Source: Geopsychrobacteraceae bacterium
GTDB lineage: Bacteria; Desulfobacterota; Desulfuromonadia; Desulfuromonadales; Geopsychrobacteraceae
Length of the DNA: 64,000 nt
NCBI GenBank assembly: GCA_963662315.1
Contig: OY759353.1
Coordinates: 4,256,001-4,320,000 of the forward strand
Reading direction: 5' to 3'
The notes under the pieces: generated by a model
Databases searched by the model: none
Told to the model about the DNA's origin: nothing
What the model saw: only the letters and a program-made list of their open reading frames with translations
Shown: in pieces, positions 19,240 through 28,892 of the stretch
How positions within the stretch are numbered: position 1 is the stretch's first letter
Layout: every line of letters starts with the position of its first letter
Position numbers and translations under genes: made by a program

Positions 19240-21118
19240 ACAGGCCAGGCGATTACGAAAATATTGTTTTGGCGCCCTGCTGTTTTTCGTCTGTGCGACA
19301 CTCATCCTGACCTCTTATACCCTGTGGCGGCTGCGTTCTGAAGCCATGCTCAATGGTAGCGAAACAGCGGCGATGCATTCGCGAAATTTCGAGGATTTCA
19401 TAACGCAAAGCCTGCACGTTACAAGCCTTATTGGAGCCAATATCCTTGGACAAGGGGGCCGCTTGGCGGACCTTGACGGAATCTCAAAAAAATTTAACAG
19501 GACCTTGCGCCACGCGCCGTTTCTGCGGTCGATCTCGCTGCTTAACGCGGATGGGGTGATAATTGCCAGCTCTAACGCCGCCAATCTCGCTATTATTGCC
19601 GTAGTCGATGATTACTTGCCCCCCACACTAAAAGGGCAGGAAGTTTTGCGGATTGGCCCTCCCTGGACCGGGCGTGACTTCGCTGACGGCCACCCCGGTT
19701 CTGGGGATGAATTTGCGCCAAGGTTCATCCCGATGGTCAGAACTCTGACCGTGAACGGTCAGACGTTAACATTGCTCTTCGCTCTTAACCCTGATTATTT
19801 TGTCAATCACTTGACGCAGACGATCACTGCCGATAAAGGATTGGTCGAGATCGTGCGCTATGATGGGATTTTACTCATGAGCACCGACCCGGACCAACCG
19901 CCGGGAACCTTCCGTGAATATGTCTCCCGCGAGCTCGATCTGGCCGAAGGAGAGTTTGGCGCCTTTGAGCAGCAGCTGGGAGATGGTCTGCATGTCTTGA
20001 CCTCATTTCGTGCCTCCCGTCTCTATCCCTTTGTGGTTGTTACACATCTCAAACGTGACTATGCCCTGCTAAACTGGCAGTCGGAGGCGAATACCCTGGT
20101 GGGAATAGTCGCTCCCACTTTGCTCGTGGTCGTTCTGCTTGTCGTTGTCTTCTACCGACGTCAGCTTCTGCTCATTGTACATCAGGCCGAAAATGAACGG
20201 CTTCAGCGTATCAACGCCACCGTGTTCGATGCAAGTCCCGAGGCGACGTTGATCACCGACCCAAGCGCCACTATTGTCTCGATCAATTCTGCTTTTACTC
20301 GGGTTACGGGCTATCACTCCGAAGAAGTTGTTGGTTTGCCGTTACTGGAATTAATAGAGCCTGATGATAGAGCCACCTTTACAGAAGGTCTCTCCTGGGA
20401 GCATGGGATGAGCAAGGATCCTGTTGAGGTTCGGCAATGCTGTAAAGACGGCAGCCTGATCTGGACTGAAATCATCGCAACCCCCGACCGTAACGAGCGA
20501 GGCATCATCACCGGGTACTACCGGATCAGCAGAAATATAACGGCACGTAAACAGATGGAAGAACAGGTGCGTCAGTTGGCGTTCCATGACCAGCTTACCA
20601 ACCTGCCGAACCGCCGTCTGCTCAATAGCTATTTCGAGTTTTCAGTGGCTGGCAATAAGCGCAATGACCACTATGGTGCCCTTATTTTCATTGATTTGGA
20701 CAATTTTAAGCCGCTCAATGACGGTTATGGGCATGATGCTGGCGATCTGTTGCTGATCGAGGCGGCGTTGCGCTTGAAAAGTTGTGTCCGTGGAACCGAT
20801 ACGGTGGTGCGCTTCGGCGGCGATGAGTTTGTTGTCCTGGTCAGCGGATTGTCCGCAGGTAAGGCAGAATCAACACGGCAAGCTGGTCACATCGCAGAGA
20901 AAATCCGTGGGACCTTGGCTGAACCCTATGTCCTGAATGTTGTCCGGGACGATGGCAGGGCAGAGACTATCACACACCAGTGCACGGCGAGCATCGGAGT
21001 TGCTCAGTTTTTCAAACACGAGGAGCAGGACTGCGTTGTCAAGTGGGCCGATAACGCTATGTATGAAGCCAAGGAAGCAGGGGGGAACTTAGTCCGTTTT
21101 CATGTTTCAAACTGTTGA
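19232..21118 (+). CDS. Membrane diguanylate cyclase (periplasmic Cache-like, PAS, GGDEF)
   Basis: Two TM segments, PAS, DLDNFK.LND.YGH..GD, RGTD I-site and RFGGDEF; start overlaps the SBP stop. Confidence 0.92.
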   Translation: MNKQARRLRKYCFGALLFFVCATLILTSYTLWRLRSEAMLNGSETAAMHSRNFEDFITQSLHVTSLIGANILGQGGRLADLDGISKKFNRTLRHAPFLRSISLLNADGVIIASSNAANLAIIAVVDDYLPPTLKGQEVLRIGPPWTGRDFADGHPGSGDEFAPRFIPMVRTLTVNGQTLTLLFALNPDYFVNHLTQTITADKGLVEIVRYDGILLMSTDPDQPPGTFREYVSRELDLAEGEFGAFEQQLGDGLHVLTSFRASRLYPFVVVTHLKRDYALLNWQSEANTLVGIVAPTLLVVVLLVVVFYRRQLLLIVHQAENERLQRINATVFDASPEATLITDPSATIVSINSAFTRVTGYHSEEVVGLPLLELIEPDDRATFTEGLSWEHGMSKDPVEVRQCCKDGSLIWTEIIATPDRNERGIITGYYRISRNITARKQMEEQVRQLAFHDQLTNLPNRRLLNSYFEFSVAGNKRNDHYGALIFIDLDNFKPLNDGYGHDAGDLLLIEAALRLKSCVRGTDTVVRFGGDEFVVLVSGLSAGKAESTRQAGHIAEKIRGTLAEPYVLNVVRDDGRAETITHQCTASIGVAQFFKHEEQDCVVKWADNAMYEAKEAGGNLVRFHVSNC

Positions 21119-21320
21119 GCTTGCTTTGCTGCCGTTGCAGGGCTGAGAGAGGCTTTGCCGAAGCCTTATCGCAACTCCCCCAAAGCATTTGCTTATGACG
21201 CGCTCGCTCTGGCTCAGGCGGCTATTGCGAGTGGCTTGATGCTGACCTCAGCATGGGAAAAAAGGCAAAAGGATAGCATCACCTGCCGTCCAATTGCCCT
21301 TTTTAGTTACAACATCAAAT

Positions 21321-21518
21321 TCAACGCTGCGCGCTGTCACGAAGAAAATTATCGATCGATCGGTCATATGTTTTTTCCCCTGCTTCTGAAAAGAAGCACC
21401 CGGGAATTTCGCCGCGGTTCCGATGCTTTGGGACGCACTGGCGGCAGTCTCCCCATGCAGGGCAGGCGGTGTTGCTACAGGTGCAATTGACATTAATGGG
21501 GCTAGAAGTAGCGGGCAT
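21321..21518 (-). CDS. Small Cys-rich protein (DUF6485-like)
   Basis: CTC...C...GDC..C..KH..RGE.PGCFF...EKTYDRSI..F pattern; SD AGGAG. Confidence 0.7.
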   Translation of the reverse strand: MPATSSPINVNCTCSNTACPAWGDCRQCVPKHRNRGEIPGCFFSEAGEKTYDRSIDNFLRDSAQR

Positions 21519-21598
21519 GGTTTCTCCTTTAAGGCTTAGCCAGATTCTATAAGGGGAGATTATTCACATTGGGGCAATTTTTCGTCAAGTTCCAATAG

Positions 21599-21895
21599 GC
21601 TGCTGACGGTCAAGGTTGGCTCAATCCCCCATGGGTCAAAGATGGCTGTCTGCGAACGGCGCACCCAGATCGTATTCATTCCCGCGCTGTTTGCTCACGG
21701 CTGGAGCAGATTGAAGCTGAGTTTTGTCGTTACCTTGAGCGGGAATGTGACAGGACGCTCAGCCGCCAACGTGCGATCAGCATTATGCTGCATATTTTCG
21801 GTGTGCGGGTGTATGGTTACCAACAGGGGGCGGCTCAGCGCATGCGTGAGGGGCCGCGTGCCGGACTCCCCTGGTTGCCCTGGGCGCAGCTTTAA
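21599..21895 (+). pseudogene. Probable 5'-truncated TetR-family C-terminal fragment
   Basis: Open frame without a suitable start: ...DGCLRT...RLEQIEAEFCRYLERE...RAISIMLHIFGVRVYGYQQGAAQRMREG..AGLPWLPWAQL*, resembling TetR ligand-binding C-termini; no HTH upstream. Confidence 0.45.
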
Positions 21896-21951
21896 GCGGG
21901 GTTCTGTCCTCCAGATATCTTCTTTTATCTTTCCAACAGGAGCATGATTTT

Positions 21952-22668
21952 ATGGGGAGAGTACATTTTCTGATGCTTGTCATCCTCTCTGTACTGTTAT
22001 GGGGCTGCTTTCCGCAACCGTTGCTGGCCCAGAGTACTGAAATTGCTGTCACTTCTTCCTCCCGGCAGCTTCTGTTTCAGGCCGAACGGGTTCTTGCAAA
22101 CGTTAAATCAACTCAGTACAGCCATACCTCTGAAGTTGATGAAGCAGAGGGGTTGTATCGTTTGGATTGCTCTGCGTTCATATCTTTTCTTCTCTCTTCT
22201 GTGGTTCCGCAGGCGCTCAGATCTGTCTCTGTTGATCCGCGTCATAGCCATGCCCGCGCTATAAATTTCTATACCAGGTTTAGCAATACTCCTGCGGAGC
22301 GGGCCGACAGGGGGTGGCGGCGCATCGTGCGGCTGATGGATGCAGAACCCGGCGATATCGTGGCCTGGCGCAAAGATCCTCTGCCGAAAAAAGGCAATAC
22401 TGGACATGTGCTGATGATCCTGGAAAAACCGGTAATGGAAGATGATGAAATGATACGTGTGCGCGTTTTGGATGCCTCCAGAAGTGGTCATTTTCAGGAT
22501 ACCCGCAAAAAAGGCAGTGGTGGTGTGGGCGCCGGTATGATGTGGTTCCGGGTTGACAGTGAGGGACGACCTGTTGCTTATCACTGGTCGACACGGAAAA
22601 AGCTATCTGGCGTTTTGCCAATTGCCATTGGTCGGGCTATGGCTGCGGAAAGTAGCGGATCAGACTAG
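21952..22668 (+). CDS. Secreted NlpC/P60-like (papain-fold) hydrolase
   Basis: Signal peptide; Y.LDCSAFISF, PGDIVAW, TGHV catalytic-like motifs. Confidence 0.6.
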   Translation: MGRVHFLMLVILSVLLWGCFPQPLLAQSTEIAVTSSSRQLLFQAERVLANVKSTQYSHTSEVDEAEGLYRLDCSAFISFLLSSVVPQALRSVSVDPRHSHARAINFYTRFSNTPAERADRGWRRIVRLMDAEPGDIVAWRKDPLPKKGNTGHVLMILEKPVMEDDEMIRVRVLDASRSGHFQDTRKKGSGGVGAGMMWFRVDSEGRPVAYHWSTRKKLSGVLPIAIGRAMAAESSGSD

Positions 22669-23068
22669 TGCTTGGCAATGATCGGCATAAGGTTGAGGGC
22701 GAGGTATAGCGGGAATGAGCCAACAATGGGAGCGTTTTTTTGAAGCTATAGATCCTTTGCTAAGCAGACCTAAAGATCTCTGTGGATCGAATCGGCAATA
22801 AATCGACGGCTCTGGAAGCTGCTGCCGTTTTCCCTGCGGGGATTTATACTGTTCAATCTTTATTGTCTTTAACCCTCGCTTAAACACCTTTCTGGTCAAT
22901 GTTTGTTTTAACCTGTGCCTTTGGCGACTGCCAGGACGGTCTATAATCCCGGTACGATTTTCGTTAATCGACGACATTGACCCTGAGTGTGAATATTTTC
23001 CGTTTTACTAAACAATAATTGGCTGTATAAAGTGAGGCCGCTATAGAACACTTAGGGAGAAGTAATGG

Positions 23069-23851
23069 ATGGAAGATATCTCTTTCAATATTTTGGGAAT
23101 GCTGTTTCTTGCCGCTGGTCTGGCCGGATTTATTGATGCCATTGCCGGTGGGGGCGGCCTGATCACCGTTCCGGCATTATTGGCCGCGGGGCTGCCCCCC
23201 GCACAGGTGCTGGCGACCAATAAACTGCAAAGTTCCTTTGGCAGTTTCTCTGCGACTTTTTATTTCGTCCGGAGACGATTGGTATCGCTGAAGCAATTGC
23301 GTTGTGCCATCCTGTTTACCTTCTGCGGGGCTATGACTGGTGCCGAGTTGGTACAGCGTATCGATGCCACCATTCTCACCAGTTTAATTCCTGTTCTGCT
23401 GATTGGTATCTCACTGTATTTTTTGTTGTCGCGTTCGAGTAATCCAGGCAAGGCAAAAGTTTCGGATCTGACCTTTGCGCTGAGTGCCGGTTTTGGTATC
23501 GGTTTTTATGACGGTTTTTTTGGGCCGGGCACCGGGTCTTTGTTTGCGGTTAGTTTTATTGTGCTTGGAGGACTGTCTCTGGTGGAGGCCACCGCCCGAA
23601 CCAAAGTATTGAATTTCACCTCTAATATCTCGGCGCTGATCTTCTTTATTCTGGCCGGGTTGCCAGTCTGGAAGGTGGGGCTGGTCATGGCCGCCGGCCA
23701 GTTTTTTGGCGCCCGCATGGGGGCCAAGGTGGTTGTCACCAAGGGGCAGCGGTGGATTCGTCCGCTGGTGACAGTCATGTCGATGGCGATGGCTATTAAG
23801 CTGCTATGGGGGCAGCATCATGAATGGATCATGGGGTTGTTTTCTTCATGA
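23069..23851 (+). CDS. TSUP/TauE-SafE family transporter (YfcA-like)
   Basis: AGFIDAIAGGGGLITVP, ATNKLQS, GFYDGFFGPGTG. Confidence 0.93.
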   Translation: MEDISFNILGMLFLAAGLAGFIDAIAGGGGLITVPALLAAGLPPAQVLATNKLQSSFGSFSATFYFVRRRLVSLKQLRCAILFTFCGAMTGAELVQRIDATILTSLIPVLLIGISLYFLLSRSSNPGKAKVSDLTFALSAGFGIGFYDGFFGPGTGSLFAVSFIVLGGLSLVEATARTKVLNFTSNISALIFFILAGLPVWKVGLVMAAGQFFGARMGAKVVVTKGQRWIRPLVTVMSMAMAIKLLWGQHHEWIMGLFSS

Positions 23852-23878
23852 TCCTTTGTCCTGGAATGCTCCTGACTT

Positions 23879-24529
23879 TTAACGTTGAAACCTCAGGATA
23901 TCCCCTCGGAAGCTTTGCGCAAGATAATCGGTGTGATCTGGTTTAATGTGAGTGGAGGTATATCCGAATTCCTCCATCATCAGACTTATTTTGTTTTTAC
24001 GTCCCCGACCAGGGTCAACGAGAATAACTTCGCATGCTGAGTTCGCATGTTTCTGAATAAAGTTTGCCAGTAATTGAATATGTTGGTCTTCATAGAGCAG
24101 ATCGCTACCAATAATCAGGTCAAAGAGGCCTAACCGGTCATTATCGTCAGCCCAACCCGTGCGCTCAAAAGCGATGGTTTTACTGTCGTTAAGTCGCGTG
24201 TTTCTTTGTAAAAAATTCTCCACTTCCGGATGGTAATCTGTGGCTGTGACATCCGCAGATTGTTTATTCAGGAGTAAACTGGAAAGGGCGATGCCGCATC
24301 CGACTTCCAAAATCCGCTTTGATCCGGTGTCGTAGTCACACATGTAGTGAGCAAGGACTAAACTTGAGGGCCAAACGACACCAAACATGGGCCAGGATGC
24401 GGAGCATATCCCAAGTTTTTCGGCACGACCTTTCGGATCTTGAAATTGTTGTTTATCGCGTAACGTACAGAGGTGAATATCTATTTTCCCAAACTCTATG
24501 GTCTGGTAGGACAAGCGAAGATCAGTCAT
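23879..24529 (-). CDS. Class I SAM-dependent methyltransferase (Methyltransf_16-like)
   Basis: G.VWPS..LA, ILEVGCG, TDY, FDLIIGSDLLYE. Confidence 0.85.
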   Translation of the reverse strand: MTDLRLSYQTIEFGKIDIHLCTLRDKQQFQDPKGRAEKLGICSASWPMFGVVWPSSLVLAHYMCDYDTGSKRILEVGCGIALSSLLLNKQSADVTATDYHPEVENFLQRNTRLNDSKTIAFERTGWADDNDRLGLFDLIIGSDLLYEDQHIQLLANFIQKHANSACEVILVDPGRGRKNKISLMMEEFGYTSTHIKPDHTDYLAQSFRGDILRFQR

Positions 24530-24836
24530 TATTTTCCTTGAGATAGCAGGCGCTAAGCCAGCTATCCAGGATATATGACATAACGAAGGGTATTGGGCTA
24601 GCTTAACGGTCTGGGGAATAAAAGCAAGGTAATTAATCAGCCAGGGCAGGAACAGTGTCCGTGGTCACGGGCGGTGACGACTACTGCCATGGTCGCGTAA
24701 ACTTTGCTGACGGGAAGGTTCACTCTTTAAACTGTTCCTTTGCATGAAAGAGTGCAGAAAATCTTTTATCAATGTTATTATGCGATTCCATTGAAAATTA
24801 ATTTCAATGCAGTCAATCACAGTGAATGGTATCTCT

Positions 24837-25178
24837 ATGAAAAAAACGTTCAAAATGTCCCACCCTAAAATCAAAGTTCCACGTCTTGTTGAAGCCATCA
24901 AACATGAAGTGAAAAAGTATATCCGGCGCGAGCGGGGTAAAAAACTTCCCTCGGGAGCTGATTTCTGGGATTTTGACTGCCGCTTTGGAGTTGATGAAGC
25001 TAGCAGTGAGGTGATTCATCTTTCTCAGATTAATAAGGCGATTTCCGGTGCTGAAGCCGATCAGCTTGAATCTTTCTATTTGGAAATACTGGCCAAACCC
25101 GGCTATCGGACCAAAATGCCCAGAACAGAGCAGCTGACAGAAGAGACGATGAAGGGGAATGACCACGAGGTTTATTGA
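24837..25178 (+). CDS. Conserved small protein (DUF6172-like)
   Basis: MKKTF....PK....RLVEAIKHEVKKY.RRER.K.LP.G.DFWDFDCRFG...FYLEILAKPG.R; hairpin terminator near 25202-25225. Confidence 0.75.
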   Translation: MKKTFKMSHPKIKVPRLVEAIKHEVKKYIRRERGKKLPSGADFWDFDCRFGVDEASSEVIHLSQINKAISGAEADQLESFYLEILAKPGYRTKMPRTEQLTEETMKGNDHEVY

Positions 25179-25435
25179 CCCCTGATCGAACCCTTTGGAA
25201 CAAGGCCCTCGCGTGGGGGCCTTTGTTGTTTTGGATAACAGTGATAGCACTGGATTTCTGTAGAAAACAGCGCTAGACTCTCCCCCTTTTATTAAGTACC
25301 TGCCCCTGCATAATGAGTTACAAACAAGGACAACCGCGTCCTCATTACTGCTTCAGGTTAACCTATTACGACTGAATATGCCGGTTCTGGGATTCTGCTA
25401 CTGAAACAACAGTTCGGCAGTCTGGAGGATTTAAA

Positions 25436-26449
25436 GTGTTCGATTTTAGTACCGCGACCGTAGCAAAGCTTGTTGTTCATCAGGTCGGCAACAAGCTGAA
25501 CGAAGAAGGAATAACCATCTCAGCCGGAGAAAGTCCGCGCAGTGCCGATCTGGATGAACTGCTGCTGAACAGTTTCCTGATACCGACCCTGAAACGGGGG
25601 CAACAATATCATCTGTTTCATGAGTCAGACCTCAATCTGAATCTCGTCCATCATTACTCCTCCCAGATTTTTGCTGATTCTGAGGCGTTTATGGAGGGGA
25701 GTGAAGCGATTGCGCGTCACCTTTACAGTGCCTCGACCCATCCGAATATTGGTGGCGGAGAATTTCTGGTTATTCTGTTTGATAATATTACCGGTGAGCA
25801 TGAACCTTTGCAGGCGCTGGGGCTGTTCCGGATTGAAAGCCGGAGTCATTACCTTGAAGTGAGTGACGAACAGGGTGTCAACCGGGTTGCCGGACATACC
25901 GGTGTGCCGCTGGAAAAGATTCAGAAAGGTGCGGTGGTGCTGGCCGACAGTTCGAAAGTGTTTGTTGTTGATAACCTGGGTCAGAAGACCAAGTACTGGA
26001 TGGATGATTTTCTGAAGGCGTCGGTGAGTCAGACTCCCAAGGTCTGTGCCAAGGCAGCCGGGGCGTTGCTTAAGGCTATTTCCGGGCAGGTTGAAGCACC
26101 GGGGGATGCTCTTGAATTCGGTCGCCAGCTGGAGGAACGCCTGGCTGAAGAGGAAGAGATGACGGTCGCTGGGCTGAAGGACCTGTCCGGACAGTATCTG
26201 TCAGATGATGAGGTGAATCAGTTGCTTGACAGCGCCAGCCAAATGCATGGTGTCGCTCTGGATGACGATCTGCGCATCGAAAGCAAGAAGCTGTCCCGCT
26301 ACGCCAAGGATGTGGTTACCAAGGCCCGTATCGCTGAAGGGGTAAGTCTACTGATCTCCGATGCCGGGACCAAAATACGTTCCATCGATGTGACCCGGAC
26401 CGATTCCGGTTTCCAGGCGCTGGTTGATATAAAAATTGGCGACAATTAG
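25436..26449 (+). CDS. Nucleoid-associated protein (NA37/NdpA-like)
   Basis: L.VH.VGNK..EEG, FHESDLNLN, HLY..S.HPNI.GGE, YW.DDFL motifs; SD GGAGG with GTG start. Confidence 0.75.
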   Translation: MFDFSTATVAKLVVHQVGNKLNEEGITISAGESPRSADLDELLLNSFLIPTLKRGQQYHLFHESDLNLNLVHHYSSQIFADSEAFMEGSEAIARHLYSASTHPNIGGGEFLVILFDNITGEHEPLQALGLFRIESRSHYLEVSDEQGVNRVAGHTGVPLEKIQKGAVVLADSSKVFVVDNLGQKTKYWMDDFLKASVSQTPKVCAKAAGALLKAISGQVEAPGDALEFGRQLEERLAEEEEMTVAGLKDLSGQYLSDDEVNQLLDSASQMHGVALDDDLRIESKKLSRYAKDVVTKARIAEGVSLLISDAGTKIRSIDVTRTDSGFQALVDIKIGDN

Positions 26450-26518
26450 TTTCTGTTTGTTTCCGAATCAGAATCTATCGGGTTTCTAGCCGAAGTATTC
26501 AGAGACCAACAAGAAAAT

Positions 26519-26561
26519 AAAAAAGCCCCGCTAACCGATACTGAATTCGCGGGGCTTTTTT
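26519..26561. terminator. Bidirectional intrinsic terminator
   Basis: A6-GCCCCGC...GCGGGGC-T6 between convergent genes. Confidence 0.8.
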
Positions 26562-26577
26562 ATTTTCATCTGTTGAA

Positions 26578-28620
26578 TCAATCGTCACCGAACATTTTGC
26601 TCATATTACTGAAAAAGTTACTGGCGCTGATGGCTTGCTGTTCCGGGGAGCTTCCAAGCGCACGCGCTTTATTGGCAACCAGGAGTCGATCTGTCGGGAT
26701 TTCGGTGAGAAAACGGCTCGGTTCGCGTTGTTCGAGCTTGCCATATTTACGTCGGCGCCGAGCCCCCAACAGGACCAGCTGGCGTTGGGCGCGGGTGATG
26801 CCGACGTAGCAGAGGCGGCGTTCTTCATCAATATCAAAAGTTTCGTAGATCGACTTTTTATGGGGCAGAAAGCCTTCTTCCATTCCCACCAGGAAAACCA
26901 CCGGAAACTCAAGCCCTTTACTCGAATGCAGGCTCATCAGGGTGACAGCATCACTGTTGAGTTTGCTCTCCTTGTCGTTTTTTCCAGGACGGTCATCATC
27001 ATGGAGCGAAATCCGGTCCAGAAATCCGGACAGGCTGGGGAGGGGATCCACATCAACGTAATAGGCCATACTGTTGAGAATTTCTTCCTGATTCTCGACC
27101 CTTTTCCTGGCCACCGCCTGATCCTTTTCCTGGCGATAAATTTCTTCCGCCAGCTTGACCTCGGCTAGAAACTGTTTGAGAGTATCGACCAGAGGCAGCG
27201 ATTTACTGAACATGCGCCGATAGTTACGGATCAATTCGGTAAATGTAGCGATTGAGGCACAGGTCGCAGCATTGATGTCGCCTACGTCTTCGGGGTGGTG
27301 CAGCACCTTCCACAGGGAGATGTTGTGTTCGGCCGAATAACGGATCATACGGTCGATACTCGTTTCTCCGATCCCGCGCTTGGGATAATTGAGAATCCGC
27401 AGCAGATTGACCTCGTCGGTGGGGTTGAGGATGACCTTGAGGTAGGCGATCACGTCCTTGACCTCTTTGCGCTCGAAAAACTGCTGCCCGCCGATCAGGA
27501 CAAAGGGGATATTTTCATACAGCAGCTGTTCTTCAAAGGCGCGCGACTGGGTGTTGGTGCGGTACAGAATGGCGAAATCACCCAGCTGACAGGTGCCGCG
27601 GGCCATCTCGGTGTGAATCCTTTCCATGACCAGACGCGCTTCGTCTTCACTGTCTTCGCACAGCAGGTATTCCACCTGAGCTCCATCGCCGTCAGCAGTC
27701 CACAACGATTTTTCACAGCGTTTGCGGTTTTGTCTGATCACGGCATTGGCGCAGGCCAGGATGTTGCCGCTGGAACGGTAATTCTGTTCCAGCTTGATAA
27801 CTTTTGTGCCGGGGAAGTCCTGTTCGAAGCCAAGGATATTGCTGACATCGGCACCGCGGAAGGCATAGATTGATTGGTCGTCATCGCCAACCACACACAG
27901 ATTATGATGCCCTCCGGCGAGCAGTTGCAGCAAACGGTACTGGACCGGGTTGGTATCCTGATATTCATCAACCATCTGGTAGCGGAACAGTTTGCGGTAA
28001 TGGTCGAGCAGATCCGGGTTTTCTTCCAACACGCGGACTCCGAAGACCAGCAGATCATCAAAATCGACGGCGTTAAAGGCTTTCAGCGCTTTCTGATAAC
28101 GCGGATAAATATGGGCTGTGACCAGGGAAAAGGGGTCGCGTTCGTTGCCCTGGTACTGCTCAGGTAGCAGACACTGGTTCTTGGCCGCGCTGATACGCCA
28201 CAGCACCTGGTCGGCATCTTTGCTGGAAGTTTCATGGGACAGTTCGCGCAGCAGGTCACGGATCAGACGCTGTTGATCAGCGGCCGGGTAAATGGAAAAA
28301 TTCTTTTTGAAGCCAAGACGGTCGATGTGGCTCTTTAAGAGCCTGACACACAGAGCATGAAAGGTGGCGACGATCATCCCTTTGCAGGCCTTCTTGCCGA
28401 TCATCTCCTCGACCCGTTCGCGCATTTCCCGGGCTGCCTTGTTGGTAAAGGTGACCGCCAGAATCTGAGTAGCTGGAACACCGGATTCCAAAAGGTGCAC
28501 GATACGACAGGTAATGACCCGGGTTTTTCCGGAGCCGGCACCGGCGAGCAACAGCAAGGGGCCGTCACGGTGAATGACGGCGGCTTGTTGTTGGGGGTTC
28601 AGACTGTTGAGATCAAACAT
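26578..28620 (-). CDS. UvrD/Rep/PcrA superfamily 1 DNA helicase
   Basis: AGAGSGKT, TFTNKAAREM, VDEYQDTN, VGDDDQSIY, LEQNYRS, HSSKGLEF, EERRLCYVGITRA. Confidence 0.97.
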   Translation of the reverse strand: MFDLNSLNPQQQAAVIHRDGPLLLLAGAGSGKTRVITCRIVHLLESGVPATQILAVTFTNKAAREMRERVEEMIGKKACKGMIVATFHALCVRLLKSHIDRLGFKKNFSIYPAADQQRLIRDLLRELSHETSSKDADQVLWRISAAKNQCLLPEQYQGNERDPFSLVTAHIYPRYQKALKAFNAVDFDDLLVFGVRVLEENPDLLDHYRKLFRYQMVDEYQDTNPVQYRLLQLLAGGHHNLCVVGDDDQSIYAFRGADVSNILGFEQDFPGTKVIKLEQNYRSSGNILACANAVIRQNRKRCEKSLWTADGDGAQVEYLLCEDSEDEARLVMERIHTEMARGTCQLGDFAILYRTNTQSRAFEEQLLYENIPFVLIGGQQFFERKEVKDVIAYLKVILNPTDEVNLLRILNYPKRGIGETSIDRMIRYSAEHNISLWKVLHHPEDVGDINAATCASIATFTELIRNYRRMFSKSLPLVDTLKQFLAEVKLAEEIYRQEKDQAVARKRVENQEEILNSMAYYVDVDPLPSLSGFLDRISLHDDDRPGKNDKESKLNSDAVTLMSLHSSKGLEFPVVFLVGMEEGFLPHKKSIYETFDIDEERRLCYVGITRAQRQLVLLGARRRRKYGKLEQREPSRFLTEIPTDRLLVANKARALGSSPEQQAISASNFFSNMSKMFGDD

Positions 28621-28892
28621 AGAAACGAACTATAAAATCGGAAAAAATAAACAGAATCGCGTCAAGAAATATAAGGGTCTGAAACATAGCACGGATGACC
28701 CCTGGTGTAAAATTGATTGCAACCTCGGCAAGGTAAATGGTTTTGATTCTCTCAATAAGTCCAATAAGGGACTGATCGCTTTTAAGGTATTGATTCGCCT
28801 GAACTTTGTTTGTGTTAGCGATTGAAAAATATCTATTTCCCGCTACAATTAAGCGGCCAGCTTGCTACTTCCCTTCTCCTGTCAGGTGCATA

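Noticed and set aside
22660..22977. 105-aa minus-strand ORF in an intergenic gap
   Set aside because: No clear RBS or recognisable domain; composition looks non-coding.
25436..28620. NA37 plus UvrD as a two-gene defence system (Gabija/Kiwa-like)
   Set aside because: The genes are convergent with a terminator between them, and the helicase looks like an ordinary full-length housekeeping UvrD/Rep.
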